Of a stretch of DNA of 64,000 nucleotides, positions 1 through 10,020 are shown in pieces (position 1 is the first letter of the stretch; every line of letters begins with the position of its first letter). Position numbers and translations under genes: made by a program. This DNA is from Bacteroidia bacterium (GTDB lineage Bacteria; Bacteroidota; Bacteroidia; M30B66), in assembly GCA_965279035.1 (NCBI GenBank), contig OZ257142.1:2208001-2272000 (forward strand), read 5' to 3'. A model generated the notes under the pieces. That model was not told the DNA's origin. It saw only the letters and a program-made list of their open reading frames with translations, and did not search any database.

Positions 1-1922
1 AAAATTATCCAAATAATTGGGACACTAAAATACGGAAAGGTCCAATGAATTTTAGTCAAAGTTTTTCTATTGGAAATCAAGTGATGTTGTTTGGGAAACC
101 TCTCGGCTTTCTTACCGGTTTTAGATATGGAAGTACCATGCAAAACGATCCCAATGCTGTTGCAAATAGGGCTGGTGTTGATGCTGATGGAAATGTTTCA
201 ACTGCAAGGTCTATTACACAATTTGTTTGTCGTGAAACAAACGGTTGGAGCGGATTAGTTAATTTATCATATAAGTTGTCTTCTAACCATAGTGTTTCTT
301 TACTATTTATGCCAAATTTTACTGGTGTAAATAATGTTCGGAATGATACGGAAGAAGATTTCTCTGGTGCAGCTTTATTCGTTTATACAAAAAGCCAGTT
401 TTATGAACAGAGAAAACAACTTGTTTATCAATTAAAAACAGAACATTATTTTCCTAAAACAAAAATAAAGCTTGATGCGAATGTTTCATATACAAAAGGA
501 AAAAGTATTGCTCCCGATTTTAAAAGTTTCACCTATTTCCTAAGTACTGATAGTATTTATTTAATAGATAGAACAGCTTCAAGTACAAGTAGATACTATC
601 GCTATCTTGATGAAAACTTGATTGATTCAAAGATTTCTGCCGAAATGCCCATCAGTAAAAAAACAGGTTTAATTCGTAAAATTAAAATTGGAGGTGGATA
701 TCAACATAATAATCGTAAGAATGATCAATACAATTACTTGTTAAAATTTACTATTCCTGAAAATTATCAAATTACGAATGGTGATATCTCTCCCTTCTTT
801 AAATTAGAGGACTTTGCATTAAACAATAATAAAATTATTTCTTATTACGAACGAGATGAAAACCCGGGCAATAGAAGTATTGGTTACAGTCAAATAATTT
901 CAGCATTTGCTATGACAGATTATAATATTAATACAGTGCTTCGTATATCTGGAGGATTAAGAGTTGAAGATGCAATATTGTTTACTGATGTTTATTTATA
1001 TGATTCACTAGGTTACAAAGCAAATGATGGTAGGCGTTATTATCCTTATGGGATTATTGAATTAGCTCCTAATCCAGGAGATCTTCACAAACTAAACTTG
1101 TTGCCAAGCGTCAATATCATTTATAAATTAAGGAGTGACGAAGAAAAGCCTATTAATCTTCGTATGAACTTTAGTAAAACAGTCGCTAGACCTAGTATTC
1201 GGGAACTTTCTGAAATATTTGTATACGATTATGAATTACGTGCGAGTGTATTTGGAAATTCTGACTTGAAAATGGTTGATATCAATAATTATGATATCCG
1301 GTTAGAAAATTATTTTAAATCAGGTGATAATATTTCGGTAAGTCTTTTTTATAAGGATTTCAAAAACCACATTGAATTGGTGAATTCAAACATCGGTTAT
1401 AGTTGGCAAAATGTAGATAAATCTCGAGCAATGGGAATAGAACTAGAAGGGAAAAAGAAAATTACTAAAAATCTGGATTTTCGTTCAAATATTACCATTA
1501 CGAATTCTTCTTCCGAATTTGTTCAAAAAATACTTCAACTCAATAATGGAGTAAAAACATATATTCCTATTGATACAATAAAGAGGGCCATGTTTGGACA
1601 AGCTCCGTACGTTTTAAATGGAATATTATCATACACTTCAGATTCACTTGGATTGAATGTAACTGTTAGTTACAACCGACAAGGAAAACGATTGGTGATA
1701 GCTGGTGGTGGTTCTATAGCAGATGTTTACGAAATGCCACGAAATTTAATTGATATTAAATTGAGTAAAAACATTGGCAAACATTTTAGTGTATCTTTTA
1801 CCATTCGTGATTTACTAAATTCTCCAATTCGAAGAACTTACAATTTTGATGGAATCAATATCGATTATGATAAATATCGTTTTGGAACTAACTATCAAAT
1901 TGGTATTCAATACAAACTCTAA
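1..1922 (+). CDS. TonB-dependent outer membrane receptor, C-terminal part (5'-truncated by window)
   Basis: Frame is open from the window edge (NYPNNWDTKIRKGPM...). Barrel motifs 'FSKTVARPSIRELS', 'GNSDLK', 'GIELEGKK', 'RDLLN', and C-terminal aromatic strand 'GIQYKL'. Confidence 0.92.
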   Translation, partial: NYPNNWDTKIRKGPMNFSQSFSIGNQVMLFGKPLGFLTGFRYGSTMQNDPNAVANRAGVDADGNVSTARSITQFVCRETNGWSGLVNLSYKLSSNHSVSLLFMPNFTGVNNVRNDTEEDFSGAALFVYTKSQFYEQRKQLVYQLKTEHYFPKTKIKLDANVSYTKGKSIAPDFKSFTYFLSTDSIYLIDRTASSTSRYYRYLDENLIDSKISAEMPISKKTGLIRKIKIGGGYQHNNRKNDQYNYLLKFTIPENYQITNGDISPFFKLEDFALNNNKIISYYERDENPGNRSIGYSQIISAFAMTDYNINTVLRISGGLRVEDAILFTDVYLYDSLGYKANDGRRYYPYGIIELAPNPGDLHKLNLLPSVNIIYKLRSDEEKPINLRMNFSKTVARPSIRELSEIFVYDYELRASVFGNSDLKMVDINNYDIRLENYFKSGDNISVSLFYKDFKNHIELVNSNIGYSWQNVDKSRAMGIELEGKKKITKNLDFRSNITITNSSSEFVQKILQLNNGVKTYIPIDTIKRAMFGQAPYVLNGILSYTSDSLGLNVTVSYNRQGKRLVIAGGGSIADVYEMPRNLIDIKLSKNIGKHFSVSFTIRDLLNSPIRRTYNFDGINIDYDKYRFGTNYQIGIQYKL

Positions 1923-1924
1923 CA

Positions 1925-3310
1925 ATGGAATACGTTAAGAAGTCTACTTTATCCAATTCCATTCATCCATATTGGAGATGGAATTTAATTATTATTTCCC
2001 TTTTTCTTTCAATGCTTTCATTAGATATACATGCTCAAATTGAAAATGTTATTGTAGAAACATATTATATTTCGGATGCTCAAGATGCAACAGATACACT
2101 TGGTGGTCATTTAGATGTAGGTTCAACTACTTATCGAATTTATGTTGATTTAGTACCTGGAGTAAAACTTCGAAAAATATATGGAGATCAAAATCACCCA
2201 TTAATATTCTCTAGTTCTGAGCTGTTTTTTAATAATAAAGTGGATGGGCAATCTTTCGGAAAAGACTTTACTAAAACAAGACTCCAAGAAAACACAGTTG
2301 CATTAGATTCATGGTTAACATTGGGCCAAACAACTCGCGTATCATCAAAAACAACGTTTGGTGTTTTAAAAACAAATGATGATGATGGATCCTTTATCGG
2401 CGGAGTAAACAATGATGGAGGAAGTGAAGTAATTTCAACAGGGCTTTTAGTTAATAATGATCCTGAAGCTGGAATACCATTAACCACTGCTGATGGGATG
2501 GATACATTAACTCATACACCCGAAGCATGGGCCGATTATGGCATTCGAAATATTCTTACCTTAGAAGATTCATCAATTTTTGGTTCTATAATTCCAGTAT
2601 CACATTTTGAAAGCCGGAATGCTTATTTAACAAATTCGGGAGTAATGGGTGTTGATAGTGCTTTGAATCATATTTTAATTGCACAATTAACTACAAAGGG
2701 TGATCTCACATTTGAATTAAATTTAGAAGTTGAAGTTCCAACCATTACAGGAACTGAAATAATTAAATTGGTAGCTCGTGATTCTGTTCTTAATCAGGGA
2801 GAACAGTTATCTGCATTCTTAACATATCCACAAACGTGTGGTTGTCAAGATTCTGATTATTTAGAATATAGCCCTGCGTATGCTTGTAATATTCAGGATT
2901 CATGCAAAACATTATTATCACTTGGTTGTATGGATCCAATGGCTTGTAATTTTGATCCAAATGCTAATTTCAATATTCAGGAATTATGTTGCTATATAGG
3001 AAATTGTAATGATTTAGATATTTCAGTTTTATGTCCAAACCTGGGGTTTGATGAAATCGCTTCTAATACTCTTCGAATTTACCCCAATCCAACGGAATCC
3101 GTTATAACAGCAAAAACATACTTTGCCCAAGGAATTCCCTATCATGTTGTAATTATCGATTTTGCTGGAAGATTGATGAAATCAATTTATTATACCAATT
3201 TGAATTCAGGAACTGCATCCATTGATTTATCTAGCTTGACAAATGGACTGTACCATGTACGTTTCATTTCATCTGAAAATACATTTTCTGGACGTGTAAT
3301 TAAGCAATAG
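1925..3310 (+). CDS. Secreted protein with unnamed N-terminal domain, Cys-rich GCxD repeats and T9SS type A CTD
   Basis: Signal peptide ending HAQ; 'GCMDPMACNFDPNA' repeats; CTD 'IYPNPT...IDLSSLTNGLYHVR...RVIKQ'. Confidence 0.85.
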   Translation: MEYVKKSTLSNSIHPYWRWNLIIISLFLSMLSLDIHAQIENVIVETYYISDAQDATDTLGGHLDVGSTTYRIYVDLVPGVKLRKIYGDQNHPLIFSSSELFFNNKVDGQSFGKDFTKTRLQENTVALDSWLTLGQTTRVSSKTTFGVLKTNDDDGSFIGGVNNDGGSEVISTGLLVNNDPEAGIPLTTADGMDTLTHTPEAWADYGIRNILTLEDSSIFGSIIPVSHFESRNAYLTNSGVMGVDSALNHILIAQLTTKGDLTFELNLEVEVPTITGTEIIKLVARDSVLNQGEQLSAFLTYPQTCGCQDSDYLEYSPAYACNIQDSCKTLLSLGCMDPMACNFDPNANFNIQELCCYIGNCNDLDISVLCPNLGFDEIASNTLRIYPNPTESVITAKTYFAQGIPYHVVIIDFAGRLMKSIYYTNLNSGTASIDLSSLTNGLYHVRFISSENTFSGRVIKQ

Positions 3311-3315
3311 TTCTC

Positions 3316-4062
3316 ATGAAAATATTTGAAAAATATAGTCTTGCTGTTACCCTTTTACTTGGTTTTTTCAATTGTTCTGTTTTTACATCTTGTGTTAAAG
3401 ACAACGACAATGAACCAGTACCAACAAATTTAACTTCAACAGTAACTGATGTTGATAATAATATCTATAAAACAGTTAAAATTGGAAATTCGTGGTGGAT
3501 GGCCGAAAATTTAAAAGTAACCAAATACCGAAACGGCAATTCAATCACACAAGCTCAAGATTTAACTAATTGGAATTCATCTCTTGAAGCCTACTGTTTA
3601 TTTGATAATAATTCAACTTCCCCTGGATTGCTTTATAATTGGGGCGCCGTAAATAATTCAAATGGATTGGCTCCAGAAGGTTGGCACGTTGCTACTGAAC
3701 AAGATTGGAAAAATCTAGAAAAAGAATTAGGAATGTCAGAAGAAAATCTCGATAAACTAAACTGGCGAGAAGAGGGTAGATGTGGTGATAAATTAAAAAT
3801 AGAAGCTCCCAAAGGATGGTCTTCTTATGGTTCATTATGGCCAGATAATTCAAGTGGTTTTACTGCATTAGCAGGTGGATGTAGATTGTATAATGGTCAA
3901 TGGTCAAATCCCGGACTTTTTGCAACGGGCTTTTGGTGGTCTTCAACTGAAAATGATTTTAATTCTGCTTGGTTTAGGCAATTAGATTATAAAAAATCTG
4001 GTATATTTCGTTTCTACGTTCAAAAAACATATGGAATGAGTATTCGATGTGTTAAAGACTAA
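3316..4062 (+). CDS. Fibrobacter succinogenes major paralogous domain (Fib_succ_major) lipoprotein
   Basis: Lipobox-like FTSC; 'YKTVKIGNSWWMAENL', 'GLLYNW', 'APEGWHV', 'SGFTALAGG', 'GMSIRCVKD'. Confidence 0.9.
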   Translation: MKIFEKYSLAVTLLLGFFNCSVFTSCVKDNDNEPVPTNLTSTVTDVDNNIYKTVKIGNSWWMAENLKVTKYRNGNSITQAQDLTNWNSSLEAYCLFDNNSTSPGLLYNWGAVNNSNGLAPEGWHVATEQDWKNLEKELGMSEENLDKLNWREEGRCGDKLKIEAPKGWSSYGSLWPDNSSGFTALAGGCRLYNGQWSNPGLFATGFWWSSTENDFNSAWFRQLDYKKSGIFRFYVQKTYGMSIRCVKD

Positions 4063-4079
4063 TCACGTATATTTTTTTT

Positions 4080-4111
4080 AGCGCGATTCATATACGATTC
4101 GCGCTTTTTTT
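4080..4111 (+). terminator. Intrinsic terminator
   Basis: AGCGCGA...TCGCGCT stem followed by a T-run, just after the 3316-4062 stop. Confidence 0.7.
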
Positions 4112-4556
4112 ATTTTAGATTCTAACTAAGGAAATGCATTTTATTATTTAAATCAATTATTTAATTACTCATAAACAGAATGTTTACTATCATTTCATAT
4201 TTTAGTTAATAATATACAGATTTAACAAGCGTCATTTTGTTTTGTTTTATTAGTTAAATAGAGCATTTGGTATTGAATCCCATTAATTTCATTTTAATAA
4301 TTGTCAATCTAACAATGATTTTATGAATTCTAACTTCTATTGACAATAATGATTAATTTGTTCAATATAAATTCAATGTTAAATCCCATTCTTTAATTAA
4401 GAATTAATTATTTTAATGTGAATTTGTAGGTCTATTTAAGTAACCTAATTCTTTCAATTAATTAATATTTTAATAAGTATTACAATCACATATTCAAATA
4501 GTTAAACTCAATATTTGTGCTGCTCAATAATGAGCTAAAACAACCACATAATAATC

Positions 4557-6248
4557 ATGAAAAAAAATCTTACAAATTTTGCAGCATTGGCTTTGATTGC
4601 CCTTGCTGCTAATTTCGAGGCTTCTGCTCAGAACGACCTCGGAGCTGCATGCGGATGTCCTGCAGTAAATTTAAGAACTACTGAAATTTCGCTATCTTCT
4701 TTAGCGGTTGTTGGTGGACCTAATGATGGTGATTTAATTGCTACAAACACCATCCTAACTTGCGACAAAATTTATTTGTTGGACAACAAAATTTATGTTC
4801 CTGCAGGAAAGACATTGACTATTATGCCTGGTACTGTAATTAAAGGTACTCCAACAGGAACAACACTTGCAGCTAACGCAATTTTGGTTCAACGTGGTGG
4901 AAAAATCATCGCTGATGGTACTGCTAGCTGTCCAATTGTTTTTACTGCACAAGCTGATCCAATGGATGGTACATATGCAATGAGCAACAAAGGTAAATGG
5001 GGTGGAGTTGTACTTCTTGGTAAGGCAAAAAACAACTTAACTACTGCTTCTAATTATAGTTCTGCAGGTACAATTGGATGGCAAGGTACGGCTACCAATG
5101 TTGTTGATCCAACACAAGGTGGTGATGGTATTGGATTCGTAGAAGGTTTCCTAGCAGCCGATGCACGTAACCTTTACGGTATGCCTCCAGGACAAGAAGA
5201 TGATAACGATAATTCAGGTATCATTCGTTATGTTTCTATTCGTCACGCTGGTGCAACTGTTGGAGCTAACAATGAGCTTAATGGTCTTACTTGCGCTTCT
5301 GTTGGTCGCGGAACTACGCTAGACCATATTGAAGTAATTGCAAATGATGATGATGGTATCGAATTTTTTGGTGGTACTGTGAATATCAAATATGCTACAA
5401 TGATGTTTGGTAATGATGATATGTTTGACTATGATTTAGGCTGGAGAGGTAAAGCACAATTTATATTCGGAATTCAATTAGATAATGCTACTATTACTGG
5501 TGGAGACAATGGATTTGAGGCAGATAATGATGACCAAAAATCAAATTCATCATATGGTTCAAAATGTCAAATTTATAATGCAACATTTATTGGTAATGCA
5601 TTTACAGGAACTGCAACAGGTGGTGGTTCTGGACCAGCTGCAATCAAAGCTAAAGAAAGAACAGAAGGGGAAATTTACAGTTCAATTTTCGCTAATTTCA
5701 AAGGTGGTTTAGATTTAATTAAAGCTTTAGGAACTCGTACAGGTGCAATCGAATCATATCATAACTGGACTGGAGTTGATAATAATGGAACAGCTATCCC
5801 GGGTGGTGCCACACTTAAAGTTGGTTGCAACACATTTGTAAACTGTGTGAATCCTATCTCTATTGCTAACTCTACTGCTGCTCTAATTGCTGCTGATAAT
5901 ACAAAATTTACAACTGACGGAAATACAGCAGTTGCTAGTCTTCCAGGTTTTGACTATTCTTTCGCTGCAAGTGGTGTTACTGTATCAAATAAATACGACG
6001 CTACGCCTAATCCTAATGTGGCTTCAACATGTACTCCTCCAGTGAATGATGGATTCTTTACACCAACTAATTACCGTGGTGCATTTGATGCAAATGCAGC
6101 TTCTTGGTTATCTGATTGGGCTTATGCTAAATTAATTTCAGCTACTTCAGGTTTAGTTGCTTGTCCTACTGATATCAATAGATCAGGTACTACCGACATT
6201 GACGACTTCCTTGATTTAGTTGGTCAGTTCAATCAATCTTGTAATTAA
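4557..6248 (+). CDS. Secreted parallel beta-helix-like protein with a C-terminal dockerin/EF-hand-like tail
   Basis: Signal peptide (ASAQ); motifs 'TLTIMPGTVIKG', 'WGGVVLLGKA', 'DNSGIIRYVSIRHAG', 'NELNGLT', 'DDGIEFFGGTVN' of a family usually found beside TonB receptors; tail CPTDINRSGTTDIDDFLDLVGQFNQSC. Confidence 0.75.
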   Translation: MKKNLTNFAALALIALAANFEASAQNDLGAACGCPAVNLRTTEISLSSLAVVGGPNDGDLIATNTILTCDKIYLLDNKIYVPAGKTLTIMPGTVIKGTPTGTTLAANAILVQRGGKIIADGTASCPIVFTAQADPMDGTYAMSNKGKWGGVVLLGKAKNNLTTASNYSSAGTIGWQGTATNVVDPTQGGDGIGFVEGFLAADARNLYGMPPGQEDDNDNSGIIRYVSIRHAGATVGANNELNGLTCASVGRGTTLDHIEVIANDDDGIEFFGGTVNIKYATMMFGNDDMFDYDLGWRGKAQFIFGIQLDNATITGGDNGFEADNDDQKSNSSYGSKCQIYNATFIGNAFTGTATGGGSGPAAIKAKERTEGEIYSSIFANFKGGLDLIKALGTRTGAIESYHNWTGVDNNGTAIPGGATLKVGCNTFVNCVNPISIANSTAALIAADNTKFTTDGNTAVASLPGFDYSFAASGVTVSNKYDATPNPNVASTCTPPVNDGFFTPTNYRGAFDANAASWLSDWAYAKLISATSGLVACPTDINRSGTTDIDDFLDLVGQFNQSCN

Positions 6249-6275
6249 TTATCACAAACTATCTAATTCATACCC

Positions 6276-9200
6276 ATGAAAAAAATATTGTTTGGCCTAG
6301 GTTTGCTTTTATCGGCAAATCTGGTAAACGCACAGAATGGTTTGGAAAACATCATAGTAGAAAAGTACTATGTTGCGAATTCGGCCGATGCATCTGGATC
6401 AGTAGGAACATTGCCTGTTGGATCTGTTACGTATCGTTTTTATGTAGACTTGCTACCTGGTTATAAGTTTCAAGCTGCTTATGGAAATGCTGATCATACA
6501 CTTGCATTTTCTACTTCAACTACATTCTTCAATAATGAAGATCGTGGTGCTGTAAGCCCTACCTATACGAAAACTCAAGCGAAAGCCAATACCGTAATGC
6601 TCGATTCTTGGTTATCTGTTGGTTCTGCATGTGCCGGTAACTTTGGTGTAATAAAATCAGAAGATGATGTTGCTTTAGGTGGTGCTACTGTAGTTAACAG
6701 TAACGGCATTCTTGCGAATAACGATCCTTCTGCGGGTATTGCTCTTACTGTTCAAGATGGTCTTTGGGCAGGTTCTCCTTCAGCTATTACAACTGTTGGA
6801 CAAACAGATGCACAAGCCGTTGTTTTTGATGCAACCAGTCAAGTTGGAAGCTCTTTTACATTAACTAATGGAGCATGGTCTTCTTTAGTTGGTGCACAAG
6901 GTCCTACAGCAAGCAATCGTGTACTTATTGCTCAAATTACTACCGATGGTATATTATCGTATGCATTGAATATTCAAGTTGGAACTCCAACAAGTGGTGT
7001 TCAACGTTTTGTTGCAAGCAATCCATTAGCTGGCGAAACTGTTCTTTCTAGTTTAACCGGTACTCTTGGTGCTCCTAACGTAGCTCCAACGATCTCTATC
7101 ACTTCACCTGCAACCGGTTCTGGTTTCATTACTGGTACAGTTGTGAATATCGCTGCTACTGCTGCTGATGCTGACGGAAGTGTTACTGGTGTTCAGTTCT
7201 TTGTTGATGGTATTTCAATTGGAACGGATAACACTTCTCCTTATACAGCTAATTATACAGGTGTTATTGGTGCACACGTGATTACTGCTGTTGCTACAGA
7301 TGATGCTGGTGCAACTACAACTGCAACGGCTGTAAATATCAACGTACAAAACAACCCTCCACCAACGGTTTCTATAACTGCACCTGCAAATGCTGCTGGT
7401 TATATTACAGGTGATGTAGTTAACATTACTGCAAATGCTTCTGATAATGGTTCTGTTGCTTCAGTTCAGTTTTTTGTTGATGGTGTTTCTGTTGGTACAG
7501 ATATAACTTCACCTTATGCTGCAACATATACATCTACACTTGGTTCACATACAATTACTGCTGTTGCTACAGATAACTTAGGTTTATCTACTACTTCTTC
7601 TTCAGTAACAATCACTGTTGTAAATAACCTTCCTCCAACAGCTGCTTTGACTTCTCCAGTATTTGGTGCATTGTTCACAGCTCCTGCTGTTGTTACTGTT
7701 TCTGCTAATGCTTCAGATCCTGATGGAACTGTTACTCAAGTAGAATTTTTCGTAAACAACGTTTCTATTGGTGTTGATGCATCTGCTCCTTACTCAGTAA
7801 ACTGGACAAGCGTAATTGGTTCTGCAAGCTTTACAGCTAAATCTACTGACGATCGTGGTGCTATCACTACTTCTGCTGCAGTTGTATTAAATATTGCTGA
7901 TCCGAATGCACTTCCTTATGCAATTGAAAGCTCTGTTAACGTTTGTAATAATGATACGTTCTGTCTTCCTTTAATGGTTGTTGATTCGGTTCAAAACATT
8001 ATTGGATATGACGTAACCATTAATTTCGATAACACGAAAGTTGCTCCAACAGGAGTTATCACAATGGCTGGTGATCTAGTTTTACCTAGCCGTGTTGACG
8101 TAATTAATAGCATCGATCTTCCTAATGGAAGAATCAATATCTCTGTTTTCTTTAACAGTTCAGCTCCTGCTGCTACTCGTTTTGTTGGAAATGGTGAATT
8201 ATTCTGTGTTCAGTTTGCAAAATTAGCTGGATTTGCTCCTTCGGATGTTGCGAACTTTACTGTTCCTTTCCTACAAGAAAGTTATTTCACTGGCGTTGAA
8301 TCTAAATTAGTTCAAGCAGGTGATTACACTTCTTACCGTGATACAGTGTATACTGGAACTTTAAAATTATGGTCTGACAACAGTCGTATTCCATACAATG
8401 TGGCTAATCCAAATCAATATTTGATTACAAACATTTCTGGAAATAATACAACATGTTCAAGCCCTTCATCAACATTAGTTCAACCTGATCTAAATGGTGT
8501 ATTCACTTATAGCGCTAATAATGGTCTTAACATTTCTATTACAAAAGACATTCTTGGTACTACAGATGTTCAACCAGTAATCAATGGATTTGATGGTTTG
8601 TTAACACGTCGTGTATTGTTGAATAATACTTCATTCGGTCTTCCATCTGTTTACAACATGATTGCTATGGATGTGAATATGGATGGAGTTGTTTCTGCTG
8701 GAGACAATTCTCAAATTAGCCAACGTTCTGTGTTGTTGATTCCAGAATTTAAACAAGCTTGGAATTATGATGTATTAGGTGTTTCTAACGGACAGCCTTC
8801 TAAAGATTGGATTTTTATTGATTCAACTCAAATTACTAACAGTGCGCAATATGCAATTTCTACTACGTATCCACTAAGTGATGGTGTTGGTTACTCTAAA
8901 TATGATCTTCCAACTCCTGCTTTTTGTTTACCAATTAAAGTAGTTAACTATTCAACTTGTCCTGAATACACTCCAGAAACATACAAAGGAATCTTAATAG
9001 GTGACGTTGATGGAAGTGTTTCTACAGCTAGCCCTAGCAGCTTATTTAAGTCAAATACCGAAAAAGTGGTATTCAATCTTTCAAATGCTATTGTTGCTGG
9101 TAATACAGTTGAAGTTCCTGTTTCTGTAATGTCTACAAATGATGTTTATGCAGTTGACTTTTCTATGCCATTAAATACAGATTTGATTTCTTTCAATTCA

Positions 9201-9686
9201 ATTTCTGAAGTAGCTAATGGATTAGAATCATTAGAATATTTTAATTCAAATGATCAAACATTGCGTTTTACTTCTTTCAGTATTCAAGAAATTAACAAAA
9301 ACAGAGCAGTTGCTTTTGTTAAATTTAATTTGAATAATGGACATGTTTCTTCTTCAGATTTAGAAGCTACTATGGCTTATATTAATGGAGAACAAGCTGA
9401 AGTTGCTTTTGTTGGTGAATTAGCAACTGGAATTGCTGCTGTTGATTATTCAAACGTAGTTTCTGTATTCCCGAATCCAGCTTCTACTCTTGTTAACATC
9501 ATTGCTCCTGAAGTTGCTGCTATCCAAATGATGGATGCTGCAGGTCGTATCGTATTTGTTAATTCTAATGTTCCTGCTGGTCAGAAACTTTCAATTTCAA
9601 CTTCTGACTTAGCTTCAGGTGTTTACTTTGTGAAAATTAGCAACGACAACTTCTCTGTTACCAAAAAAGTTGTTATCAACAACTAA
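6276..9686 (+). CDS. Multidomain T9SS cargo: unnamed N-domain, 3 bacterial Ig-like repeats, cohesin-like, dockerin-like, second cohesin-like, type A CTD
   Basis: Three 'PTxSITxP...A.D.DG.V..V.FFV.G' Ig repeats; 'FCLPL...IIGYDVTINFDNTKV' cohesin-like; 'AMDVNMDGVVSAGD' Ca-loop; CTD 'VFPNPAS...SDLASGVYFVKI...KKVVIN'. Confidence 0.85.
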   Translation: MKKILFGLGLLLSANLVNAQNGLENIIVEKYYVANSADASGSVGTLPVGSVTYRFYVDLLPGYKFQAAYGNADHTLAFSTSTTFFNNEDRGAVSPTYTKTQAKANTVMLDSWLSVGSACAGNFGVIKSEDDVALGGATVVNSNGILANNDPSAGIALTVQDGLWAGSPSAITTVGQTDAQAVVFDATSQVGSSFTLTNGAWSSLVGAQGPTASNRVLIAQITTDGILSYALNIQVGTPTSGVQRFVASNPLAGETVLSSLTGTLGAPNVAPTISITSPATGSGFITGTVVNIAATAADADGSVTGVQFFVDGISIGTDNTSPYTANYTGVIGAHVITAVATDDAGATTTATAVNINVQNNPPPTVSITAPANAAGYITGDVVNITANASDNGSVASVQFFVDGVSVGTDITSPYAATYTSTLGSHTITAVATDNLGLSTTSSSVTITVVNNLPPTAALTSPVFGALFTAPAVVTVSANASDPDGTVTQVEFFVNNVSIGVDASAPYSVNWTSVIGSASFTAKSTDDRGAITTSAAVVLNIADPNALPYAIESSVNVCNNDTFCLPLMVVDSVQNIIGYDVTINFDNTKVAPTGVITMAGDLVLPSRVDVINSIDLPNGRINISVFFNSSAPAATRFVGNGELFCVQFAKLAGFAPSDVANFTVPFLQESYFTGVESKLVQAGDYTSYRDTVYTGTLKLWSDNSRIPYNVANPNQYLITNISGNNTTCSSPSSTLVQPDLNGVFTYSANNGLNISITKDILGTTDVQPVINGFDGLLTRRVLLNNTSFGLPSVYNMIAMDVNMDGVVSAGDNSQISQRSVLLIPEFKQAWNYDVLGVSNGQPSKDWIFIDSTQITNSAQYAISTTYPLSDGVGYSKYDLPTPAFCLPIKVVNYSTCPEYTPETYKGILIGDVDGSVSTASPSSLFKSNTEKVVFNLSNAIVAGNTVEVPVSVMSTNDVYAVDFSMPLNTDLISFNSISEVANGLESLEYFNSNDQTLRFTSFSIQEINKNRAVAFVKFNLNNGHVSSSDLEATMAYINGEQAEVAFVGELATGIAAVDYSNVVSVFPNPASTLVNIIAPEVAAIQMMDAAGRIVFVNSNVPAGQKLSISTSDLASGVYFVKISNDNFSVTKKVVINN

Positions 9687-9719
9687 GTTTTATATATAAA
9701 CCACTTATTATTATTAATT

Positions 9720-9754
9720 GAAAGACCTCAGATTTTTCTGAGGTCTTTCTTTTT
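9720..9754 (+). terminator. Intrinsic terminator
   Basis: Perfect 13-bp stem GAAAGACCTCAGA/TCTGAGGTCTTTC with a 4-nt loop and T-run. Confidence 0.88.
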
Positions 9755-10020
9755 AATAACCTATTATTAATACTAATAAAATATACAAGGAAATCAATAG
9801 GATTAGTTTCGTTGTCGATTTAGAAAGCAACTCTAAAATCAATATTTCTAATAATGAATATCAATAACATCAAATCGCTCAATTATCTTAAATTCTCAAT
9901 TGAATAATATCAAATGGAAGAAAATTATTTCTGAATATCTTTTGAATTTAATGAATTTCAAATTGATTAATTCTTAATCCAAAGGAGTGGATGGAATTAT
10001 AAATCTAAATTTTCTCAAAA

